From assembly GCA_001938485.1 (NCBI GenBank), contig MQRK01227905.1:33854-88367 (forward strand): a stretch of DNA of 54,514 bases. The letters run 5' to 3'. A model generated the notes under the pieces. That model was not told where the DNA came from. It worked only from the letters and a program-made list of their open reading frames with translations, and did no database searches. A program made the translations under genes and the position numbers. This stretch comes from Girardia tigrina. Its lineage: Eukaryota. Positions 27,301 to 40,900 of this stretch are shown in pieces (position 1 is the first letter of the stretch; each line of letters opens with the position of its first letter).

Positions 27301-30300
27301 AATACCTGAAATGTCAATAAAATTAATAAGTCAATTTTTTGTAGTTTTTAGGTCAATTTTTCAAAATTTTAGGTCAATAATCTGGGGCTCTGATAATAAC
27401 CGATGATACACAAAATATACGGATACACAAGGCGATACACGCCTAATTTTCTTGAATTTAATAGCAAATTTTAAGTTAATTAAAAATAAAAGAAAGTTTT
27501 TTAATATTGCCCAATTATCAGTTCCAATGACATGCTTCATCAAACCGAAGATGTCAGAACATGATGGTCATTGATCAAAGACAATGACAGTCCATTTTGC
27601 TATAAATAATTGACAAAAGAGTTGATTTTGTTTTTTTGGGTAAAAAGGTCTTTCCGTTGGAGCACAACATTACGGCTATGAAAAAGCTCTCGAGGCATCG
27701 CTTTAATTGTTCAATATTTCTAAAACCCCAAATCGGTGATGATATCGAGCGGAAATTTGCGCAAATGACTGACCTAAAAAAACATCGGAAAAACTCCACA
27801 AATGAAATTATTAAATTATCTAAATAAACATCACGAAAACATAAATAAAAATTATATATTTGAAAAAAATATTAAAACAAACAGCTCGAATTCTGATATA
27901 TATTCTTTTAAAATTGTTTCACGTATGACAAAATTTTCGTTGTGTGAATTTTTTTGTTGAACTTTACGACAAAATCACAATTTCTATAATGTTTTTTAGA
28001 TAATTTAATTTCGCAATGTTTTTTCCGTAAACCATATAAATACATTTTTTTCTAATTACACTTCTTTCTTATACAACAAAACCTTATTAAAAAGAATAAA
28101 CTTTACTTCATGTTTTAAAATATTTATTGTACTTAATGCCGTATTTTCACGCCTATAACCAGCACAATTATTTCCTAGCCAGGGGCATTGTAAGTAGGTA
28201 AAGTCACACATTACTCGTTGGTTATCATCATGAAATATTAGTTTTTAACATGTGAAATATCTTTAGGATACCCCACCAACTTTTATACCCTGCCAGAAGC
28301 GGGATGTGTAGATAAAGTTGCATATTACCTGCGAGCTATATGTGTGTAAATACGATATATTCTAATGTATTTTAACAATTACTAATTTATATACTAATTT
28401 TTATATTAATTAAGTTTCTATTATTTGATTTTATCATTTGCTTGAATTATTTTGATGGTCTCACTGTGGCTGTAGATTCCAGATTCATCGAAGAACGAAT
28501 GTAAAGTTGTCGAATCTGTGTCTATGTCGAAAAATATCGATTATCCTATGAAAACGGATATCAGAAATCCCAGTGTCATGCTCATCCGATCTTCACTCGA
28601 CTATTGGAGACACAAAAAACTAGTATCCTTTGATCCTTTATTATTGCAAGTCAGTATTGTTTTTTATCATAAATAAATCTTTAATATTTTGTATCACTTC
28701 ATTTTTACAATTTTATTAAATGAAACTTGAACTTTCAAAAAGTAACTTTAAAAATAGTATTTTGATGTTCTTTAGTTAGGGAAAAAAATATTACTATATG
28801 CGAGGAATGTTTTCATTGTGGGATATTTTGGTGCTGTTTATTTGTATGTTGTTTTGTATTGATGACTCTCCTGCCAAAATGGCTGATTGATATCTTTTAA
28901 TTAATTAATTAAAAAGTAATTCAATAAGGTCGAAGATTAAATTGGAATGAATTAAAATCTGGAATTTAGCAATTTTTGAATTTTAGTATTAATTTTATTT
29001 AATTACATAAAATTCAAATGTAAAATTAATAATTATTAAATGTCTTTTAAATTAAATTTTTATATTTGAAAACTTTAATTTAATTTTCTATTTAAGAAAT
29101 TTAAAAAATAATGGCAAGTTTTTATTCTCATTTTATTGAGAATGAAAATAGAAATTGGTTTAAAATGTGTGATAAAAGATTTACTTTTTATTATTGACAT
29201 AAAACACTTTTATTATACGTAAATATATAAACTTAAATATCACTGTTAAAATACAAAGCTACATTTAACCCATTAGCTGCCAAGCCTAAATTATATGAAG
29301 TCATTCCCATTGTCATTTATATTTTGAGGGTTATTGTTTACCAAAACCCGTAAATACACGATGAAGTTGAATTTTGCTTAATTGTAAAAGATCATTCTCT
29401 ATAAGAAATAAAGTATTATTTTTTCAAAAAAAAATTATTTGTATTGTTTCAAGTTTTTTAACATATTTATATTTATGTTTGTGGCCACAAAAAAATTTGC
29501 TAATTCAAAAGCCTACATGGTCTAATATATTTTAAGTAGGACGAGTATACTCGTCTTGGCAACTCTTGACACCCTTCCAAAGACGAGTGTACTCGTCCTT
29601 GGCAGCGAATAGGTTAACAAACTTCGGTAAGATTCTCTTAGTTATTATTTAAAGGTAATTTGCTAATCGTTTTTTTAAATTATTTCATTTATTTTCTTTC
29701 AAAAATTATGAATATTTTATGGTTATAAAGTAAATATCGTTTTTAGGAAGATGAATATTTGAAAAAAATGGTGCAGAAAATACAGAGTCTTCGTCCTGAT
29801 ATTGTCGTAGTTGAAGGTTCAGTTTCGTTGATTGCTAAAGAATATATGGAGAATTATAGAATCATTTTGATTTCAAATGTCAGAAAAGTAAATTAATACA
29901 TTCTTGAAATACATGACGGACATATAATGATAATTGTAACAAGGAACAAATGGAGCGACTGTCAAGAATGCTTGGAGCTGTCATTTTTGACTCTGTTGAC
30001 AGTATCGGAACTAATGTCCAATCCGCCTTAGGGAAATGTAGTCAATTTTCTGTACAGAATTATACTTTAACTAACGGTAATAAGTTCATTCAATACTCAT
30101 TCATTCTTGCGACCGCTACATAATAGTTATCATAATAATTAATAAATCATAGCCATTTTATGTCAATGAGATGATGTACATGGGAGTATTGTTAAGAAAA
30201 AAGTGATTATAAGTATTTTGTCAAAGTCAACTATTAACTGTATATCATTAAATCCTGTGTGATATGTGGTCTAGAACGTCTTATATGTTAATTTTTGAAC

Positions 30301-31784
30301 ACGTTTCTGTAACTATCAGCCACTCTTGCTGGGGATAACATTCTACTTTTGCTTTTTTAGAAGCGAATTACAAAGATAAGTGGTCTTATTGGCAGTATAA
30401 ATTACTTAGTATTTCTTTTTCGTCACATCAGCGTCTTCAAACACTTATAATGCTCAAAATGGAGTGTGTCTTAATAATATAAGTAACCTTAATAATATAA
30501 TGTATCTTTTGGGCTAGAAAACGTAGAGTGTGCTTTTTAATAATATCCGTTCCATATATTATATTGGGTTGTCACAAAATTTTTCTTCGAATTTTGGCGC
30601 GCCAATATTAATACATATTGGAGGGGAAATATTCAAGTGGAGGGAATATTTTGGTAACGTCATTTGTAATGTACACTTGTGTCTATATTTTAGTGTAATA
30701 TATATTTAATTTTCCTGCTTAGTTTATGGCCTCTTGTATAGTAAAAAGGAAGAATAAAATAAGCATTTTTGGAATATTATGTTGTATTATTTTCGAAAAA
30801 GGAAAAAGGCAGCCCAAGCAGCTAAAAAATATGCAATGTCTGCAATCACCGATCGCATCGTGCAAACGTGGTATGCCAGGTTCAGAAGCCCAGAATTCAG
30901 CCTTAAATATTGCGGGATCTCTGGATGGCCTGCAACAACTGACATGACGAAAATATTGCTATGGTGGACTAGATAGCAAACGTCGGTAATGTGTCGTACA
31001 TTTCAAAGACACCTCCACGCTTAAGATTATTTCAATCGTACTTATGTGTGGGTTCCGCATGATTTGAATGAGCGCCAGTTGAATCAACATAGGCTTGTTT
31101 CAGATCAGCTCTTTCAAAGTACCAGGAAGAACATTTCTTCAGAATATGATTTCTGGCGACGAAAAATGTAGATTATACAACACTGTTGTGCACCGTAGAT
31201 CTTGGTCTAAAAATATAGTGCTTCTCAGACATCTTAAAAGATTATTCTTCACCCGAAGAAAGTGATTTTGTGTATTTGGGGGACGTAGACAGCGTAGTCT
31301 ACTATGAGCTGCCACCGAATAATCAAACTATCAATTCGGTAAAATACTGTGAACAACTTGACAGCGCTTGCACAAAAACGGTCTTGTTTAATAGAATAAG
31401 AATATGTTTTAATATGACAATGTGTGACTACATACAACTGTGACAACCGTACAGAAATTGGTAGGGTTGGGTTGGGATTTTGTACCTCACTATCCATAAA
31501 GCCCGGATATCGCAACATCCGACTACCATTTATTCCGCTAACTACAAAACTATTTTCATGGAAAAAATTTCGTATCTTTGGACGATATAAATATTTTCTT
31601 AGGGGTAAAGACGAAGTCTTCTGCAATTGTCTGAGCGTTGGGCTAGATTGATACAAAATAAGGGATAATATAGTTAATAATGACAGTTTTTGTATTATAA
31701 TGTATTTTACATTGAATAAATATTTAAAAACCGAACGAACCTTCGTGACAACCCAATAACATTTTCAGAAAAAAAGGTTTATCT

Positions 31785-31826
<42 letters not shown>

Positions 31827-31876
31827 NNNNNNNNNNNNNNNNNNNNNNNNNNNNNNNNNNNNNNNNNNNNNNNNNN

Positions 31877-31931
<55 letters not shown>

Positions 31932-34900
31932 CTTTGAATTATTTATCATATCAATAAAAATAAAAAACACCATTTTCAGAAACTTTTGAGATTAAATATT
32001 TTTTGTGACAGTTTACTAACCGTAATCTTTACATATCTGATCCTAAGATTACCTTTGTCAATATATAAGATCAACTGATTCATCAGTTGCTATGAACAAC
32101 TTGACCTGTTAACTATTAAATTTCGGATTTCGTCTTCCATGTTCGATACTTCAAAGAATCTATTGCAGTCAGTAATGAAGTCATTAATATATGGTTGACC
32201 GTTTTTATGTTTCCGGGACAATGTGGTTTATGATATTCGCGTTGGTCGTCATGTTAGAAGATAAGAGGAATTGTAAATTATATTTCAACAACTGAAAACA
32301 TACGAATATGCGCACATATGTAGATACAAATGACGACAACAGAGAATTTGTAATGCAAAGTATGCATTGTATCGATTTATATTTTTGTATAAATCGAAAT
32401 CGTCACCCTTAGATCTAGACCAACGTTCAAAGAATAAAATCAGTGAAAACGTAATAAAAATTCTTAACAATAATAAACTTTTAAAGATAAAATTAGTTAC
32501 ATTTTAAAAGGGGTTTATGAAAAACTAAACTATTATAAATTATTTACTTTATTATTTACTTGGATTACCATATAATCATTTTCTTATTTATTTATTTATT
32601 TTTAATTTTTTTTCCTAGGAAGAAAAAAGACATTGTTATTTTTTAAACTGGTGAATCCGAAGCATGGCTGTACCTTTCTGTTGCATGGAAAATCTCTTAG
32701 TGAATTAGTGCGCGTCAAATACGTCACTAAATTTATCATCGTTGCATTTAAAAACGCTTATTTAGAATTAGCATTTATGAAAAACTTTCAAATACGTTCG
32801 TTGCCCTCAAATCAACACAGTCGGACAGAAGAATCAACTTTAGTTGGAAAGGATTTGGTTTGATATTATTATTATTTAGTATTATTGACGTTTTTATGTC
32901 TTATTTCTTTTATTCTTAAACACATGAAATATAATTTGTCTTTTAATTAATTCTAATTAATCTTGTTTGCTTGGCTTTAGGTTTCTGGGGATTCGTCCAA
33001 CCACTATCCCGAATGTCTTTGGTTATATTGCATTATTTGCTTTTTTACACAGGTCATGATTCGATTCACAAACGAGTCATTCTGGTGGCACAAAAGCAAA
33101 TAACAAATATGATAGACATGAAAATTTCTGCCGGTCGCTAAAATCATGTAACGGTCACATTTCCAGGTTTTTCACTTTTCCAATGCGTTTGAAACCATCC
33201 TCAACAGTAGTGTTACTGATGTCTAGTTCTTTTGCAATCCCATTCGTTTGGACTGTTTAGATTTTGCTATGGTCTTCAATTGTCATCATAGAATGCTTTC
33301 GGTCGACGATTTATTTTCAAGACTGAAAATTCTGGAACGAAATTTCTTGAACTATTGCTTTATTCCGCTTTTTGTAATACAATTACAGCCACCTACTTGG
33401 TTAATTCATCGAGCCATCTCAGCTGCAGCTTGTTACAATTTGATGTTAAAATAAAAGAAATCTTTAAATTACTTCTACATCTTTTAATAAGTTTAAAGCG
33501 CATGACACTCTTGTCGTAGAAATTATTTATGTAGAAATTAATTATAATTTAAGAGATTACATATTATAAACTTTTAGATGTTATCAATTAAGTGAATATT
33601 AAGATAGCAATAGTTCTATCGAGGAAGATATATTGTATCATTTTAGGGGATTCCAATGTACACCATATAAAATAATATGGAATCTCCTATTTCAACCAAC
33701 ACCATTTCCTATTTATTTATTTTAGATAATCGGTGATAATATTTATTATATTTTGTGATATTATCTATATATTTATGATTTACCATATTTCTATAGCATC
33801 TATGAAAAAATTACATTTTGGGTCAAATGAATCTTTTTTTTTATGTTAAGGTTAAAAGATGATCTCGAAGACTCAGTATACACATTTCGATTCCATCAGT
33901 ATACTGGACAGTCATGTACTGCAGCTGATTTGGATAATTTGAGCACATTGTAGCACATGGTATTATATACATGATGAATGGTTCGTTACGTGAACAATTT
34001 CTACAACAGTCTGAATTTGGCCAGATTATTATACCAACAGAAAACTCATGTTGTTGGCACATTAAGAATGAACCGGAAAAATGATCTAAAGGACTGTACA
34101 AAACTCAAACTGAAATCTGGTGATATTCAGTACAGAAGATGCGATCCACGCAAAATATTTGTCTAGCGTGACAAGTGTGGTGCCAATCTTATAACAGCAT
34201 CGCACGATTCGTCGAAGACAAATTAGGACACTGGGCAACCCATTATTAAATCTGTTGCAATTCTCGACTACAATCGACACATGGGTGCAATTGACAAATC
34301 TGATCAAATGGTTCATTCAATTTGTCTGTTTCCATGCATTGGTCAAAGACTATTCTAGCCCTGAACGAAAGCCAAAACAAGACGAAAACGCGTTGTTTGC
34401 AAATCTCACCGAGAAGGAATATGCAAGCGATGGGTAAAAGATGAATTTCACAAACGAATTGAAATACCCAGTACACCTGTGGGGGTTTTGAAGCAGAACC
34501 AATTTTGTGCATATCACCTTATAGTGACCAAACAATTAAATTATATTTATATTTATATTTCACAAGACTCAATAGTATTTATAAATATATGTATACATCA
34601 AACTCCCATATTTTTATTTATAAAAAAAAATTCCTAACAGTCCTCAAAAAAAATAAATATTTGTGAAAATCACATTTTTATAATAAATTACAATCTAAAA
34701 TCTCAATACGATTGGTAAAAAATCATTAATTGTCAACAACAACAAATGGCCTCCAATAACATGTACCGAGTTGGAGATCTCGTGTACTTTGAGACATCCG
34801 CCGAAGCATTGTATCAAATCAGGAAGATCGAGGAGTTGAATAAGACGACAATCGGAGTAGTTGAAGCGAAGGTCGGCGGAGAGATTTGACTAATTCTCTC

Positions 34901-37900
34901 TTGCAAATCGCTGATAAAGTTAATTACGACAATCAGGAGAATTTAGTGTCGGTGCTGATGAAGAACAGTTGGATTTGCTTAAACACCGGGAACTATTCAC
35001 CCGGCTGCTGGAGAACCGCAAGATGCTGCTTGGTACCGATCTCACGGAATTATCGCCTCGAGTTGCCACTGCCGATAAGACTTCCGAGAAAACTGATACA
35101 CCTTGTTTCGAACTTTACCATACGTGTAAAGATTATTATGGGGTTTTGTGCTAAAATTATAAAGTTTGCAAAAGTTTTCGTTTTATTTCCAAGTTAAAAG
35201 ATTTTCTAACGAAATCACTTTAAAAAGTATTTGGAGTTTGATGTGCAATAACCCCTTTGGTATGTGATGGTTTAAAGATTAAAGCAAAAACAATTTATTT
35301 AATTCAGTTAAATTGCAATTCAAAATACATCTAAAAATTTAATTCCATAATTTATTAAAAAATATCAAGTCATCCAAAACCGAAACCAATTTAACCTTTA
35401 ACTTTTATTTAAACAACATTCTCGAATCATTGTGCTTATATCTTTATAATTTAAATAATCTTTTGTTTATCCTTAAAAAATTCTAAAAAAATTACAGGAA
35501 ACATATTTATTTCACTCTTCATTTTTAAATTATATTTGTTGGGAGCGTTCATAAAATATAAATTTTTTGAAGCTTATCAAATTATTAAATAAACAATTAC
35601 ATTCCGTAAAATATTGTTATAAATATGTTAAAATAAGATTTTCAGAAATTTAATGTAAAAAATTAATTTATGTAAGAAATAGAATAAATTTTACGGTAGG
35701 GTTATTAAAAGATTTATGTTAAGATTTATTATAAAGTAAAAAAAGTTAATTTCAAATTTGATAAAAATATTTATTTGAAATAAAATAAAAAGTAATTTAA
35801 GTTTGATATTTATTTGCGAAATAAAAGTAAACTAAACTATTTTGGTAACTTTTAAATCAAAGTAAATTTAAAATGTGGTTATAATTTTTTTTGGAAAATG
35901 TAATTACAATTTTTTTGGAAATTAAAATTGGAATTAAAAATAATTATAAAACCATTAAATCGACTTAAATAAAAAATGCGATTTTATTTTTTTACGGAAA
36001 ATGTAATTTAGAAATAGGAAAATTTAAATGTACCATAAAATTGAAAAATTAATAAAAGACGTAACAAAATCTTTGTGACAAAATTTTAATTCACTATAAT
36101 TTTTTATTAAAGAAAAATAGAATTTTAATTTGTAAAAAAATATATATTAACCATATTTTTATTTAAAATCAAAACTTGAAAGCCAATTAAAAACGTTTAT
36201 TAATTTCGACGGTTTAACCGTCATCGTCAGAACAAATGATTTTTCGAACGAAATTTACTTATATAGTGCAGTTAATGATTATGCAATCAATACGTAATCA
36301 GTACATCATTTAAAAACTCTCAACAAAGTTGTAGAGAGTGCAGTTTGAACGTTAATTTTAGGATCNNNNNNNNNNNNNNNNNNNNNNNNNNNNNNNNNNN
36401 NNNNNNNNNNNNNNNNNNNNNNNNNNNNNNNNNNNNNNNNNNNNNNNNNNNNNNNNNNNNNNNNNNNNNNNNNNNNNNNNNNNNNNNNNNNNNNNNNNNN
36501 NNNNNNNNNNNNNNNNNNNNNNNNNNNNNNNNNNNNNNNNNNNNNNNNNNNNNNNNNNNNNNNNNNNNNNNNNNNNNNNNNNNNNNNNNNNNNNNNNNNN
36601 NNNNCATTATCTAACGCTTTCAAAATAGAATTTTTAAATATTTTAAACCCCTCTGAATATGGCACAGTTAACACATAACCAATTCCCAAACTTTTATCAT
36701 TAGTGTTGCAGGATTGCTCTTGAACTTGAACATCTAAAATTTTAGCATTACTTTTTTTGTCAATTAATTTATCAATAGTTTCCTTTGTTAATTTCTCTAC
36801 TATCGATTTTGAATATCCGTTATCATATAATAATTTGTTTAATNNATTAAGACTGTCATTACATCCTTTATATGTAGATGAAAGAGCCCATGAGCGAAAA
36901 ATAAGACCTTTAATCATATTTCGACGATATTTGGGTTCACAGAAACTGATCGGTGTTGTATACAACACCGTGTCAGTTTTCTTTCTGTAAATCTCAGTCA
37001 CATAATGTCCATTTTTTCTTTCAATTAATAAATCAAGAAAGGACAATTTCTTATCTTGTTCTTTCTCCATAGTAAACTATACATTTGAATGCAAAGAATT
37101 CATATAATTTAAAAATGGGTAAATATCTGTTTCATTTTGAAAAATCAAAAATATATCATCAACATAGCGTTTATACGCTAGAGGTTTCCGACCGACAAAA
37201 GAATCGATTTTATCTTCAATACTCGAAAGAAATATTGAAGCCAAAGTGGGGGCTAATGGTGAACCCATAGCTACTCTATCAACTTGTTTGTACCAGTCAT
37301 TATTGAACAAAAAATGCACATCTGACGTGGCAAAACATAACAATTCACGAAATGCAACTTTATCAAGTACACTGTGATTAGTAGTATTACTTCTCCAAAC
37401 ATTGCAGCACAAATCAATAGTCTCTTTCAATGGAACGTTTGTAAATAAACTTACAACATCAAAAGATGCCATATTTTTATTTATATCTATTTGTATTTAT
37501 ATTGGTTGTGCAAAAAAGAAAGTACAAAAGTTCCTCAAAAAAATTTGTTTAAAAAATTCAAATTGTTATAGAAATAAATTTTTGTGTTCATGATAATGTC
37601 TTTTGAGCAAGAACCCAATAATATTATAATTAATTAATTAATAATTATCCTAATTTAATTTAATAATATTAATATGTAATTAATATTTAATATATAATTA
37701 AGACTTAATATTTAATTCTGCTTTAATCTTAAATATTTCATATTTCGTAAAGCTATTTGAAGTTATTTAAGTCTCAATTAGCGAAATGAAAGTTAATTAA
37801 CTCCTCACAATGTTAAAAGAATTTAATATTTTGGAACATTTAGGTTTTTTAACTAACATTTCCAAATGAGAACAACCTTCATCTAACACGATATTGCGAG

Positions 37901-40900
37901 CTAGGTATTGTTATGTGACATTATTATATTAGAATTTTTACTTAATTATATTTTTATTTTAGACAACCAAAATTTTTTTTCGTATTCTTTTAATATTTTA
38001 TTTGGTTTCATGTTATTTGTGATTATTTTACCTCTAGACCTCTCCATTCATAGACATCATAAACAATCGCCATATTGCAATGTCTGTCAATGTACATTAC
38101 AAGTGTCCCGATGCTGTTTTGAGAAGTATATCAAATCCAGATTTGCAAAATCAATTGTTATCGTTAGATATTATCAATTTTTCGTGGAAAGAAAAATTAC
38201 ATGATGTTATGAAACGGAAACAGAGAGTTCATAATTTCTAACCGTAAAATACTATTTCATTTTTTTAACTTTTCAGCATATTTGCGCTGAACTGTACGAT
38301 GTTGTTCGCATGAATACCTGTAAACATCCTTTAATATTTGAACCGGCGCTCCATGCATTTACCAACAGTTTTGCTGATGAAAAACTTAATAATAGAGATC
38401 GATGCATTTTATATTCCGATTTTCGTGAAAAGGGTAGTCGATTTTATCTCGAGAATGACGATCTAGAGAATTCTATGATTTCCACTCTCAATTTCGCCAC
38501 CTCAGATCTGGCTTGTAGGGTAGGATTCCTTACTAAATCACAAGAGATCAAATGGCGAAGTATGGAGAAAAAAGTAAATTTCAATACGTGATGATAAATA
38601 ATAATTTTAAAGCTAAGTAATCAAGTACTGTTGAGAAACATTTTAAATATAAAAAATTAATAATTCTTCAAATAAAACTTACAGTTAAGTATCATAATGA
38701 TCTTATTCTAATAATTTCAAGAATCATTTACTGCGTCTAATTTCAAAATTATATTTATACGATATAAGCACTCTTAATGGTCTATCAATGCGAACAAGTA
38801 TACGTTTATGCAGTCTAAATTTATTTCAGAAGATCATGGACAGACTTAAAGCATTTGAAATGAAATGCTACGGGAGAATGCTGAAGATCACGGGGAAAAA
38901 AAAGAAGGCCAAAGACTTCTTCTGGAAGAGAGTGATAGAAATACTAGGTAAATGATCGGAATCAATAGAAGAGACCATCACGAGAAGGAAGCTGAAATTC
39001 TAGATATATCAGATAAGAAAACAACCACTAGCTACAGTTATGATTGAAGGAAGAGTGGAAGGAGAAAGACCAAGGGGAAGATCAAAAATACAATCGACAG
39101 ACGATTTAAAAGAATGGAGGGGATTGAACATGGAAAGTCTGAGAAAAGAGGCTACAAATAAAGAAATGTGGCGAAGGCTTGTATATAACTGGGTGCACCC
39201 ACGATCCAACGGCTAAAATCCAAGAAAAAGAAGAAAAAACTTTATTTCAAACAATTATTTGAATCAACATTAGTAACCATATAACTATGATTTGAATTAT
39301 TTTTTTTAATCACTCTCAGTGCTTCTGTGAACTTCTCTGAACGATCCTCATTAATACTTAGTTTGATCTGTCAGTTGTTTTCCTTTTCATATTACTTCTC
39401 TTCAATACCGAAAAGTTTCCATTATGATACTTTTCAGTCACATGTTTTAATTGCTCTCCGATAGAAAAGGTAAAGATAGCTGCAATTTTTGTAAGAGTTG
39501 TAAAGGCGGTATATATCCACAATCATCTTACGTTCAAAATCAGTTAGCTCTTGTCCTCTTAGCATCATTTCACAAAACTTAAAATATGATAAATGATATG
39601 CATAATTGGTAAAGCTTATTATTGATATGCAAAAAACTAACACTTTATAGTATTCATGGTTTGTTTGTGACTTAATAACCTGATTGTATAAATTAATAAA
39701 TTTTAGAATTTCATTTTCAGTTGCTGTATGATTGTTTCAGCATGTCTCAATTAAAAGTTGTGCAAAAACCATGAAGGGTTAAATTATTATGAGAGTAAAT
39801 TGCAAGTGTTTTTGTGTATAAATAATTAGCGTCAATCAGCTTTACAATGGTACCCACAATGCGTGATTGTGGAAGATAAATTCTAGTTTTGATTTTATCT
39901 TTAAGAAATTTTGTATAAGACTCATTTCTAAACCAGTAAATCAAAAAAATAATATACATTCTTTATGCAGACAGAACTCTATTTGCAAACAAAGTTTTTT
40001 AAATTTAAAAAATTTTAATTAAAAAAACACAATAAAAGTTAATATAAACTACTTATAATTTATAAGTAGATATCTTGCAATTAATATTGTTCGGGAACTC
40101 CGAATTTTCCGTTTTTTCCCATTTTGGGATCTTAAAAAGTTTTTTTCGATCAAATTTTTACATAATCATTTATTGTCATCGAGAATTAGCAAGAGTGCAA
40201 AGATTGGAGAAAATTGATTGAGTAAAAAGAGTTCAAAAATAGGTTTCTAAATTCCATGGATACATTTATATATATAAAAAGTGAGTTAATAAAAATTGGA
40301 AAAATTAGACTCATATATTAAGAAATTTGAAACCCGGGTTTATCGTTTTATAACATTCTTTCTTTAATTATGTAATTTTAATCCTATATGATCATTTTAC
40401 AATCTCAAACATTTTTAATATGTTTTCTGGTCGATGTCTCTTTAAATCATCGTTTCATTTTATGAACTGAAAATTTGTGCCAAGATATTCAGCGGAGCAA
40501 CGAGTCCAGGAGTGCATACCATGAAGAGAGTCAACAACATCGAAATCTAAGAAGTATAGGACACAATTTGTGTGATACACTTATAGCACTTGTCGTGCGA
40601 TAATCAAGATAATTGCTAGATTTGAGGAATGATTTTCGATTGACTGAATGCAAAATTGAATTTTTTTGGGACGCCGGGAAACGCTAAAAGAGTGAGAGAC
40701 ATCATTTAATAACAATAATTAAATTTCACAGACGAATTTTTGCTTGAAACTATGATATCAAGGCGTTTGATTCAACACGTCATGCAAAACAAACTCAGTC
40801 TCCATTAATATAAAATTAAAATGCATCAACAACATACTCCAGAGAATATTGAATGACGTTTAGATTTTGCAAATAGAATGCTAAATTTATTTGAGAATAA

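Noticed and set aside
27030-27380. Regularly recurring gtcaat motifs resembling a CRISPR or iteron array
   Set aside because: Short irregular motifs inside a hAT MITE with an 8-bp TSD; eukaryotic context, no cas genes
37844-37981. Possible extra micro-exons before 38038
   Set aside because: In-frame stop and phase incompatibility with the flanking exons
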